Source of the DNA: an uncultured Acidobacteriaceae bacterium
GTDB lineage: Bacteria > Acidobacteriota > Terriglobia > Terriglobales > Acidobacteriaceae
Assembly (NCBI GenBank): GCA_963772895.1
Contig: CAVYZB010000010.1
Span: forward strand, 39,670-103,669
Length of the DNA stretch: 64,000 nt
Direction: 5' to 3'
The translations under genes were made by a program, and so were the position numbers. Shown here in pieces: positions 8,751 through 16,994 of the stretch (position 1 is the stretch's first letter; every line of letters begins with the position of its first letter). The notes under the pieces are model-generated. The model saw only the letters and a program-made list of their open reading frames with translations, was not told where the DNA came from and did not search any database.

Positions 8751-8792
8751 CTAAAAGCTAAGTGCTAAGTGCTAGTTGCTAGTTGCTTTAAG
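8751..8792. repeat. tandem heptamer array in inverted orientation (CTAAAAG CTAAGTG CTAAGTG CTAGTTG CTAGTTG CTTTAAG)
   Basis: The units are reverse complements of the 8591-8656 family; CTAAAAG, for example, is the exact complement of CTTTTAG at 8640-8646. The array ends in the flotillin RBS AAGGAGG. Confidence 0.8.
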
Positions 8793-8799
8793 GAGGCCT

Positions 8800-10275
8800 A
8801 TGGGATTCCACATTCCAACTGAAGTGTTAATCATTGCCTGGACAGCAGTGGCTGCGGTGGTGCTGCTGATCAGTATATTTGCCAGGCTCTACCGCAAAGC
8901 TGGACCAAACGAGGTCCTCGTTGTGTATGGATTTCGCGGCACGCGCGTGGTGAAAGGACACGGCACGGTCATCTTCCCTATGGTGGAGACCTTCCGCGAG
9001 TTATCGCTTGAGTTGATGTCCTTCGACGTCGCACCGCAGCAGGACCTCTACACCAAGCAGGGCGTTGCCGTTACCGTCGAGGCGGTAGCGCAGATCAAGG
9101 TGAAGTCCGATCCGGAGTCGGTCTTGACTGCTTCCGAGCAGTTCCTAACCAAGGCGCCGCGGGACCGGGAAGCGCTTATTCGGCTGGTGATGGAAGGTCA
9201 CCTGCGCGGCATCATCGGGCAGCTCACGGTGGAAGAGATCGTGAAGCAGCCGGAGATGGTGGCCGACCGAATGCGCTCCACCTGCGCCGATGACATGAAC
9301 AAGATGGGGCTGGAGGTAATCTCGTTCACCATCAAGGAAGTGCGCGACAAGAACGAATACATCTCCAACATGGGGCGTCCGGACATCGCGCGCATCAAGC
9401 GCGATGCCGACGTCGCCACCGCCGAAGCGGAGCGCGATACTGCGATCAAGCGCGCCATAGCGCTGCGCGAATCCGCTATCGCCAAAGCACAAGCCGACCA
9501 GGAGCGGGTCGCCGCCGAGACGGCCTCTCAGGCGCGGCAAGCCGAGGCACAGCGCGATCTCGAGGTAAAGAAGGCGACCTACAACGAACTGGTGAAACGC
9601 CAGCAGGCGCAGGCTGACAAGGCGTACGAGATCCAGACCAACATCATGCAGCAGCAGGTCACCGCCGAGGCCGTGAAGGTGCAGCAAGTCGAGAAAGAAC
9701 AGCAGGTAAAGGTGCAAGAGGCGGAAATCCTGCGCCGCGAGAAAGAACTGATCGCCACCGTGCTGAAGGCGGCCGAGATCGAGCGGCAGCGGATCGAGAC
9801 GCTGGCCGGCGCCGAAAAGCAGCGGCTGACAGTCGAAGCCGAAGGCCATGCCAGCGCGATTCGTGCGCAGGGCGAGGCGGAAGCCGAGATCATCTTCAAG
9901 AAGGGCGACGCCGAAGCGCGGGCGATGAACGTGAAGGCCGAGGCCTATCAGGAGTACAACCAGGCGGCGGTCGTGGACAAGCTGTTCACTAACCTGCCGG
10001 AGATTGTGAAGGCGCTGGCCAGCCCGCTGGCCAATGTCGACAAGATCACCATCGTCTCCACCGGCAACGGTCATTCGGCTGGGATGAACAAGATCACAGG
10101 CGATATCACCGAAATGGCGGCGCAAGTGCCGGCGCTGTTTGAGGCGCTGTCCGGTATGAAGATGTCGGACCTGCTGGGCAAGGTGAGGACGCTCGGTGAG
10201 AAACCGAATCGGCCGGACGAGCTGCCGCCAGGCGATGGCGATGGCAAGTCACAGGCGGCCGGGGCAGGTAAGTGA
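8800..10275 (+). CDS. flotillin / SPFH (band 7) domain protein (FloT/YqiK-like)
   Basis: ATG at 8800 lies 5 nt after AAGGAGG. The protein has an N-terminal TM helix, an SPFH core (...VVYGFRGTRVVKGHGTVIFPMVETF...) and a long EA-rich coiled coil (...AEAERDTAIKRAIALRESAIAKAQADQERVAAE...). Confidence 0.9.
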   Translation: MGFHIPTEVLIIAWTAVAAVVLLISIFARLYRKAGPNEVLVVYGFRGTRVVKGHGTVIFPMVETFRELSLELMSFDVAPQQDLYTKQGVAVTVEAVAQIKVKSDPESVLTASEQFLTKAPRDREALIRLVMEGHLRGIIGQLTVEEIVKQPEMVADRMRSTCADDMNKMGLEVISFTIKEVRDKNEYISNMGRPDIARIKRDADVATAEAERDTAIKRAIALRESAIAKAQADQERVAAETASQARQAEAQRDLEVKKATYNELVKRQQAQADKAYEIQTNIMQQQVTAEAVKVQQVEKEQQVKVQEAEILRREKELIATVLKAAEIERQRIETLAGAEKQRLTVEAEGHASAIRAQGEAEAEIIFKKGDAEARAMNVKAEAYQEYNQAAVVDKLFTNLPEIVKALASPLANVDKITIVSTGNGHSAGMNKITGDITEMAAQVPALFEALSGMKMSDLLGKVRTLGEKPNRPDELPPGDGDGKSQAAGAGK

Positions 10276-10377
10276 CGGTGAAAGGGCACGGCTTCAGCCG
10301 TGCCGTAGATGCCGTCTTAATAGCAGGACTTTAGTCTCGGAGGGACGGCAGGCCGGTCCCCTCTTGACAGGATTGGT

Positions 10378-10551
10378 ATGAATTCCGAAACCGATAACGC
10401 GCAGATAGTGGTGAATCTTGGATTGATCGGCACATTACTGGGTGTCGTAGTTCGGTTCATCACGCACTCAAACGTAGCGGTTCCTGTAGGCGCCATGGGA
10501 GGCTTGCTCGTCGCCTTCTTGTTGGCAGCGGTTCGCGGCGAGCAGTTTTAG
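10378..10551 (+). CDS. possible small (57 aa) two-TM membrane protein, below the ORF-track size cut-off
   Basis: My own translation is MNSETDNAQIVVNLGLIGTLLGVVVRFITHSNVAVPVGAMGGLLVAFLLAAVRGEQF. It has two hydrophobic stretches and fills the flotillin-pspA gap on the same strand. The RBS is weak. Confidence 0.3.
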   Translation: MNSETDNAQIVVNLGLIGTLLGVVVRFITHSNVAVPVGAMGGLLVAFLLAAVRGEQF

Positions 10552-10569
10552 CCCAAGGAAGGAGCAGTT

Positions 10570-11229
10570 ATGGCATTACTCGATCGTGTAGCAACGCTGG
10601 TGCGGGCCAACCTCAACGATTTGGTTGACCGGGCAGAAAATCCAGAGAAGATGTTGAAGCAGGTCATCCTGGACATGGAAAACCAGTTCATGCAGGTGAA
10701 GACGCAAGTGGCCATCGCGCTGGCCGACCTTCATCTGTTGGAGAAGCGCAAGAAGGAAAACGCCGACAAGCACGCCGAATGGATGCGCAAGGCCGAACTC
10801 GCCGTCGACAAGAAAGACGACGAGCTGGCCCGGGCAGCATTGGAGCGTGCGATGAGCTTCCAGCAGCTTACCGAGAGCTTCGACCAGCAGATCGCCGACC
10901 AGGGGTCCCAGGTCGAGGCCCTCAAGTCGGCGCTGAAGAAGCTGGAACTGAAGCTCTCCGAAGCCCGCGGCAAGGCCGACCTGCTGATCGCGCAGCATCG
11001 CCGGTCGCGAGCGGTAAACCGCGCGGCTGATGCCCAAATCACTCCGACGGGAGAGAACCGCACCTTCGAACGGATGCGGTCCAAAGTCGCCCGAGAGGAA
11101 GCCATAGGACAAGCCAGAGGGGAGATACTGGGCGACGACATCGATGGCCGGCTCGACGCGCTGGAGCGCCAGCAGAAAATCGACGCGCTCTTGGACGAGA
11201 TCAAGGCGAAAAAACGGCTAAGTGCGTAG
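10570..11229 (+). CDS. pspA: PspA/IM30-family membrane-stress protein
   Basis: The start MALLDRVATLVRANLNDLVDRAENPEKMLKQVILDMENQ... is the hallmark PspA N-terminus. The rest is coiled coil. An AAGGAAGGAG RBS lies upstream. Confidence 0.9.
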   Translation: MALLDRVATLVRANLNDLVDRAENPEKMLKQVILDMENQFMQVKTQVAIALADLHLLEKRKKENADKHAEWMRKAELAVDKKDDELARAALERAMSFQQLTESFDQQIADQGSQVEALKSALKKLELKLSEARGKADLLIAQHRRSRAVNRAADAQITPTGENRTFERMRSKVAREEAIGQARGEILGDDIDGRLDALERQQKIDALLDEIKAKKRLSA

Positions 11230-11303
11230 GTAGCTCGACGAACTGCACGGCCTAACGAGGCCGCTAACGGCATTTTCGGCCACTGTCCTGGCATATCCAC
11301 ACT

Positions 11304-11342
11304 AAGGGGCTGCATGTTTACTGACATGTAGGCCCCTTTCTA
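11304..11342 (+). terminator. probable intrinsic terminator after pspA
   Basis: The stem AAGGGGC (11304-11310) pairs with GCCCCTT (11332-11338), with additional internal pairing (CATGT/ACATG). It is followed by TCT. Confidence 0.5.
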
Positions 11343-11368
11343 ATGTGCCACTTACCCGCCCATCCCCG

Positions 11369-11408
11369 GATCACCCATAAATCACCTCTAGATCACCCAC
11401 AAATCACC
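11369..11408 (+). promoter_or_regulatory. 18-nt direct repeat pair (GATCACCCAYAAATCACC), 22-bp period; candidate transcription-factor site
   Basis: GATCACCCATAAATCACC (11369-11386) and GATCACCCACAAATCACC (11391-11408) match at 17 of 18 positions. They lie about 210 nt upstream of the 11616 start. Confidence 0.35.
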
Positions 11409-11497
11409 GCTGGTGCATTGATGCCGCGAGCGAATGGGCGCATTGTGCGTTCACAAGAGCGGGAAATTGCGAAAGCGACCCGCTCTCAAAGGGGGGA

Positions 11498-11537
11498 CGC
11501 TTCCGGAGGTGCGACGACCATCCCGCCTCCGGAAGCG
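11498..11537 (+). promoter_or_regulatory. perfect 12-bp inverted repeat / stable hairpin in the 5' leader
   Basis: CGCTTCCGGAGG (11498-11509) and CCTCCGGAAGCG (11526-11537) are separated by a 16-nt loop. No U-tract follows. Confidence 0.35.
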
Positions 11538-11615
11538 AAATCGGCTCCCAAACCACAGCCGTGCGCCGAGCCACTTCCGACCGACGCCACAACCCATGGC
11601 CACAAGGAGGTCACC

Positions 11616-12341
11616 ATGAAAAGCCAAACTACACATACCGAGACAACCACCCCCTCTGACATCACGACCCCTTTGTGGGCAGGCAGCGCCGTGAAGAAAC
11701 TCGCCGCCGCGGCGTTGCTCAGTCTTGCGGCGCTCTCGTTCGCCCACGCCCAAGTCGCGCACTGTGCTCCCGGCAAGCTCTCCGATTACGAAAAGCTGGG
11801 CGCCCAGGGCTGCATGATCGGCGACAAGAAGTTCTCGAACTTTCAGTACCACCAGGGAGCCGCCGGACTGCCCAGCGACGCCATATCGCTGACGCCGGGA
11901 ACCACTCCTGAGACTGACGACCCTGGGCTGTTGTTTGAGGCCAAGTGGGCTTCGGCCTCCGAGGATTCATTCGTCTCCTACGACGTTGAAGCCCAACCCA
12001 ACGGGAAGCCCATCTCAGGCGCCAGCCTGCAAATGCAATTTGGGACGATCACCGGTACAGGAACAGCTGCAGTCCAGGCTCACCTCTGCCCGTTGGACAA
12101 CACGACAGATAGCTGTGATGTCCTGGCTCATCTGTGCCCGGTGGATGACGCGTCCGGAGTCTGTGGGTCGGAGGAAATCGAACTGAAGGTGGTTTTGAGC
12201 GCCAATGGCCCAAAGACCCCTGCAGCCTACGGTCGATTCAACCAGCCCCAGAGGGCAATCCGCGTGGTGACACCGATCGACTTGGCTCCGGGCAGCGGAG
12301 GCAGCGCGGATATGGATGGCTTCATGGCGGTATTTCGATAG
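11616..12341 (+). CDS. secreted hypothetical protein (signal peptide)
   Basis: ATG at 11616 lies 6 nt after AAGGAGG. The signal-like segment is ...AVKKLAAAALLSLAALSFAHAQ. The upstream part of track ORF 11343.. has no coding character. Confidence 0.6.
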   Translation: MKSQTTHTETTTPSDITTPLWAGSAVKKLAAAALLSLAALSFAHAQVAHCAPGKLSDYEKLGAQGCMIGDKKFSNFQYHQGAAGLPSDAISLTPGTTPETDDPGLLFEAKWASASEDSFVSYDVEAQPNGKPISGASLQMQFGTITGTGTAAVQAHLCPLDNTTDSCDVLAHLCPVDDASGVCGSEEIELKVVLSANGPKTPAAYGRFNQPQRAIRVVTPIDLAPGSGGSADMDGFMAVFR

Positions 12342-12519
12342 CAGCGGACGTCGTTCGGCCAACGGGCAAAACGACGAACGCTTCGGGAAGCGCCGACGGA
12401 TCGCTTCCCTGCCCGGTGAGATTTTCCAAGTTCAAGGGCGTGAGGAACAGCTAAGCGGTGAGTTGTTTCCCCACCTTCAACCACCACCGCCAACAAGCTA
12501 TGACCACAAGGAGGTCACT

Positions 12520-14508
12520 ATGAAAACCCAAATCAGCAAACAGCACACCAACGAGGTCGCAGTTCAACCCCAAACCACGTTCCATAAGGAGGATCGTATG
12601 AAAAAGCAGAACTTCACCACCCTGAAACTGGCCATCTTCTTCGCGATGGCTGTCACCATGGCATTGTCGGCGTATGCACAGGAAGAAGCTGCGCAGACAG
12701 CCCCTCCGCCCTCAAATCAGCAGCTGTCGCCGGAGGAGTTGCGGCTTCTCGATGAGTGGCAAGTCTCCATTTCGCAAGTTCCCGCGCCCAAGAAGGGCTG
12801 TTTCGAGGCCCAGTACCCCGACAAGGAGTGGCACGAGATTGCGTGTATTCCCGCGCCAACCCTTCCGATGGGCCAGAAGCAGGGGCCCCGGCCTCTCATC
12901 GTGGGTAATGGCAACGATGTTTCGGCCGAGGCGCCAACCGGCCGCATCTCCACCGCGACTGGTAAGTTCGACACCGTGACCGGCGTGACCAGTGTGAGCA
13001 GCAATTACGGGAGTTTTACTGTCCCGAACGCGTATACGCTCCAGCTCAACAGCAACTTCTTCAAGGGAAGCAGTCTTTGTCCGTCTCCCAGCGCGGGATG
13101 TGCTTGGGAGCAGTTCGTATACGAGAACGACGGTAGTGGCCTCCCCTTCCAAGGGGGCTGTTCATCAAGCACCCACGCCTGTGTCTACATTCAGTACTGG
13201 ATGTTCGGACTAACTTCTTGCCCGGTAGGGTGGCTGAGTGATGGTGTGGGCGACTGCTACAAGAACAGCCCGGCGGCAGGCGCACAGAATCCGGCAATCA
13301 GCCAGCTGAATCAACTAAGTTTGAGTGGCGTAGTCACGGCGACAAGCGATGAGGCCATTTTTTTTGTAGGCACCGTAGGTACAATGTCGGTCGGTGACAA
13401 TTCTGTCCATCTGGCAGCTGGTTGGCTGCAAGCCGAATACAACATGGTCGGCGACTGCTGCGCGAGCGGCGCGGTTTTCAACAACGGCGCGGACATGCAG
13501 ATCAGGAACAGTATCGTCTATGGAGGCACAGCCCCTCCAAACTGCGTGGCGGTAGGTTTCACCGGTGAGACGAACAACCTCAGCTTCCCGCTAAGTCCTC
13601 CTGCCCCAAGCGCGCCGGGACCGGCTCTCCTCTTCGATCAGAACGCGGCGAGTAGCGGAAGCGCCAACTGCGCGGCCGCAACCAGCGTAGGCGATACCCA
13701 TCTGTATACGGCCATGGGCTTGCATTACGATTTCCAGGCGTCGGGCGATTTCGTCGTGGCGCAAGAGGATCCGGACTTCCTCGTTGAGGCGCGGCAAGTT
13801 TCGGGCGCGCCAACATGGCCGAACGCAGCTGTAAATCATGACATCGCGGCCCAGATGGGCCTAGACACGGTCGCCGTCTGCGGGCCGACACAATTCGGGG
13901 GCTCTGAACTCTTCGTCAACGGCCGGTTCATTGAACTGGGCGACGGCCAAGTCTATTCCACGCCCAACGGTGTCGATATCTGGCGAGTCGGCGACGCTTA
14001 CAACGCCACCGACCAGAGCGGCAATTCCGTGAACGCCGTAGTCAACACATATTCCCCCACGTCCTGGATCAACCTCACCATTGGCCTGGGACACTGGCCG
14101 GCTAACCTCACTGGTCTTGCCGCCAACGCTAACCAAGACGTTAACCAGATCGCCGCGAAGGAAGGGTTTGTGCTGACGGCCCCATTTGCTTTCGGAGAGT
14201 TCTATCACGTCTATGGCCAAAGCTGGCGCTCCGGATTCGATGGAGAGGATCTGCTGTCGGTATGCGGAGAACAAACTGAGATCGGCAACCCTCTAATACC
14301 CTTCTACGCGAGACAGCTCCCTCCGCGGCTGTATGAGCAATCCCGAGCTGTCTGCACGACGGCGGGTGTGATAGGCGATGCACTTCTCGATGCCTGCACA
14401 CTGGATATTGGGGTAATTGGTAACGATGCGGCGGCACAGGTCTATGTCAACGCCCGTCAGCCCGTTGCAGTAGGAAACATCGTCATCAGTCCTACCTCAG
14501 TAAGGTAG
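12520..14508 (+). CDS. secreted protein with C-terminal von Willebrand factor type D (VWD)-like domain
   Basis: ATG at 12520 follows AAGGAGG. An alternative in-frame ATG at 12598 also follows AAGGAGG and directly precedes the signal peptide MKKQNFTTLKLAIFFAMAVTMALSAYAQ. The segment ...SVGDTHLYTAMGLHYDFQASGDFVVAQ...LFVNGRFIELGDG...IWRVGD...TGLAANANQD... is collinear with VWD/GDPH domains. Confidence 0.65.
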   Translation: MKTQISKQHTNEVAVQPQTTFHKEDRMKKQNFTTLKLAIFFAMAVTMALSAYAQEEAAQTAPPPSNQQLSPEELRLLDEWQVSISQVPAPKKGCFEAQYPDKEWHEIACIPAPTLPMGQKQGPRPLIVGNGNDVSAEAPTGRISTATGKFDTVTGVTSVSSNYGSFTVPNAYTLQLNSNFFKGSSLCPSPSAGCAWEQFVYENDGSGLPFQGGCSSSTHACVYIQYWMFGLTSCPVGWLSDGVGDCYKNSPAAGAQNPAISQLNQLSLSGVVTATSDEAIFFVGTVGTMSVGDNSVHLAAGWLQAEYNMVGDCCASGAVFNNGADMQIRNSIVYGGTAPPNCVAVGFTGETNNLSFPLSPPAPSAPGPALLFDQNAASSGSANCAAATSVGDTHLYTAMGLHYDFQASGDFVVAQEDPDFLVEARQVSGAPTWPNAAVNHDIAAQMGLDTVAVCGPTQFGGSELFVNGRFIELGDGQVYSTPNGVDIWRVGDAYNATDQSGNSVNAVVNTYSPTSWINLTIGLGHWPANLTGLAANANQDVNQIAAKEGFVLTAPFAFGEFYHVYGQSWRSGFDGEDLLSVCGEQTEIGNPLIPFYARQLPPRLYEQSRAVCTTAGVIGDALLDACTLDIGVIGNDAAAQVYVNARQPVAVGNIVISPTSVR

Positions 14509-14550
14509 GGGCTGATTAGATAACCGTGTCGGCTCCTAGGGCGCCGGGTC

Positions 14551-14590
14551 CCCCGCCCAAGCGTCTTTTGCTTGGGCGGGGATTTTCTTC
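14551..14590 (+). terminator. rho-independent terminator
   Basis: The perfect 12-bp stem CCCCGCCCAAGC (14551-14562) pairs with GCTTGGGCGGGG (14570-14581) around a 7-nt loop. It is followed by ATTTTCTTC. Confidence 0.75.
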
Positions 14591-14648
14591 GCCCTAGACT
14601 CGCACTCACTCACGCGCCGACGAACGTCAGACGCGCTAAAATATCGCG

Positions 14649-15248
14649 ATGGCTGACTCGCTTTATTTGAGCATCTGGTTTCCCAGTTTCCGCGAAGGCG
14701 AGATGATGCCGCGCGCGGTGAGCGTCCTGCGGCAATTCCCTTTCTCGGCGGTGCGCGAGGGTATCACCTACTTGTCGGTGCATCCGGTGGCATGGTCAGA
14801 GCCAACGGTGCTGGAACGCCGCTTCACGCCGGGCATCTCGCCAGAGGAAGCTGCCGAAGTGGCCGGCGAATTTGTGCATGACGATTTCGCCTTTGTCTTC
14901 GAGGCGTTTTGGGACCTTTGGGTGCCGAACGAAGACGAGCACGGCGACGATTGGGTGCAGCGTCCAGTTGCGGTGCGCTTTTTGGTGCATGGAGTTCAAT
15001 TCGACGAGGGCATCTACAGCGAAGACGGGCATGTCGAGGTGGACTTTGGGCTGGATACATCCTTCGTGTACGAAGGGCTGACGCTTTCCCCGTTCATCGA
15101 AAAGTATCTGCGCGCCAACATTGCCAAGCTGGTCGCATTCTCTGCGGCCGTCGAAAAAAATTGCGCGCTGAGCGGACGCGTGCTGTGGTCAGAGTCGGAA
15201 GAGAACCTGGCGCAGAAGCTGATCGCCAAATTACAGCAGACGCAGTAA
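14649..15248 (+). CDS. hypothetical protein (acidic, no recognisable motif)
   Basis: A clean 199-aa ORF with no competing ORF of coding quality. The family is not recognised. Confidence 0.5.
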   Translation: MADSLYLSIWFPSFREGEMMPRAVSVLRQFPFSAVREGITYLSVHPVAWSEPTVLERRFTPGISPEEAAEVAGEFVHDDFAFVFEAFWDLWVPNEDEHGDDWVQRPVAVRFLVHGVQFDEGIYSEDGHVEVDFGLDTSFVYEGLTLSPFIEKYLRANIAKLVAFSAAVEKNCALSGRVLWSESEENLAQKLIAKLQQTQ

Positions 15249-15688
15249 GGGCAGGCTTGAAGAGGCAAGGGGCAGTGGTTTGCTGAAAAACCACGTTAAT
15301 GAGCCGATGAGAAATCGGTCTTTCGGCCCGGAAGAAGTGTTCCGATATCGGCAATGTCCGTGTGTTTTTCGAAACGAATTCCCCCAGCGGCTGAAGCCGG
15401 CCGCCTCCCGCCGTCTTTTCGGCACGCCTAAAGGCATGCCCTTTCAAAGCGGCTTCTCAAACTTCCTCCAGGCCTCCGAGCCCGATTCCCGCTCGTTGGA
15501 CCCGGAAATTTTTGGCCACGCTTGACCCGCCAGTCTGGCCACAATATTTCAGCTAAATTTTGGAGCCTTCTTGCAATCTCCGCATCTGCTCTTGAGGCGG
15601 CAAAAAGCTACATCCTCCCGTGCGAGGGTGCCCTTAGCCGCAATGTTCGATTTCTGCATCTTACTGGCGATCCACGATTGCAGCGTTT

Positions 15689-16994
15689 ATGCATAGCACC
15701 AGCCCAACTCGCGATCTGCCGATGTCTGCCGTAAGCCCGGGTGAAGCCTCGCTGCTGGAAAAGTACCTGGCGGTGCGCGAGGCCTCTCTGCAGATCTGTT
15801 CTCCCCTCAGCGTGGAGGACCACAGCCTGCAGCCAATGCCCGACGCCAGCCCGGCCAAGTGGCACCTCGCGCATACGACCTGGTTCTTCGAGACTTTTCT
15901 TCTCAGCGCACAGAACGGCTACTATCCCTATAATCCCGCGTTTCGCAATCTGTTCAATTCCTACTACAACGCAGTCGGCGACCGGCCGTTGCGGACGTTG
16001 CGGCACATATTGTCGCGTCCGGGATTAGACGAGGTGCATGCCTACCGCGCCTACGTGGACGATGCCATGGTGCATATGCTTACAACCGAGGCCGCGCCGG
16101 AATTGACCGCGCTGGTGACGCTCGGGATCAACCATGAGCAGCAGCACCAGGAATTGATCGTCACCGATGTGAAGAATGGGCTGTGGACAAATCCGCTTCG
16201 GCCGGCATTTTACCCGCCGCAGGAAAATCACCACACACAGAGAGCTTCTGTCTCCGTGTCCCCGATGGAATGGCGACGCTTTGACGAAGGAATCTACAGC
16301 GTTGGTTTTGCGGGCGAGAGCTTCGCCTTCGACAATGAAGGCCCACGTCACAATGTTTATCTCGAAGCATTTCGCCTGGCTTCGCGATTGGTGACCAACG
16401 GCGAGTATCTGGAATTCATGCGCGACAACGGTTACGGCACAGCCAACCTGTGGTTTTCCGACGGGTGGGACTGCGTTCGCAACAATCAATGGAGCGCGCC
16501 CCTCTACTGGGAGCAGCGAAATGGCGAGTGGTGGCATTACACGGTTGAAGGCATGAAGCCCGTGGAGCTAAACGAGCCGGTTTGTCATATCAGTTATTAC
16601 GAGGCCGACGCCTTTTCTCGTTGGGCGGGCGCGCGACTCCCCGCCGAATTCGAGTGGGAAGTTGCCGCCAGATCTTGCCCAGTGGCGGGAAATCTGCTGG
16701 AGAGCCGGGTATCTGCATCCGCGCGCGTTGGACCAAGCGGCGGCGGAGCCGTTGGCGCAGATGTTTGGCGATGTCTGGGAGTGGACGGCCAGCGCATACG
16801 CACCGTATCCCGGTTTCAAGCCGGCCGCGGGAGCAGTCGGAGAATACAACGGCAAGTTCATGTGCAATCAGATGGTGTTACGCGGCGGCTCCTGCGCAAC
16901 GCCGCAGTCCCACATTCGAGCAACCTATCGCAACTTCTTTCCGCCCCACGTGCGCTGGCAATTTATGGGCATACGGTTGGCCAATGGCAACTAG
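15689..16994 (+). CDS. egtB: ergothioneine biosynthesis sulfoxide synthase EgtB (DinB_2 + FGE-sulfatase domains), frame-disrupted as sequenced near 16701-16712
   Basis: The N-terminal frame has ...[16 protein letters not shown]...[13 protein letters not shown]...[10 protein letters not shown].... The C-terminal frame (ORF 16662..16994) has ...[22 protein letters not shown]...[20 protein letters not shown].... The span is 1306 nt (3n+1). Reading CTG GAG AGC GGG TAT CTG would restore LESGYLHP. Confidence 0.85.

Noticed and set aside
8591-8792. The heptamer arrays as a possible CRISPR array.
   Set aside because: The repeat unit is only 7 nt, is strictly tandem without spacers, and no cas genes are present. 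The same reasoning applies to 22457-22491.
9145-10125. A 326-aa ORF antisense to the flotillin gene. Similar long antisense ORFs occur at 10576..11112, 22659..23954, 28162..29352, 42196..42960, 45626..47083 and 57010..58089.
   Set aside because: They lie opposite genes with unmistakable family signatures and have Arg/Gly/His/Leu-rich low-complexity composition. This is typical of the reverse frames of GC-rich coding DNA. None has a recognisable motif.
11343-11615. The long upstream extension of the secreted-protein ORF (start at 11343), and the 12316-12519 extension of the next gene.
   Set aside because: The extension would place about 90 polar residues before the signal peptide. It covers the direct repeats and hairpin. 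Strong AAGGAGG sites precede the internal ATGs at 11616 and 12520.
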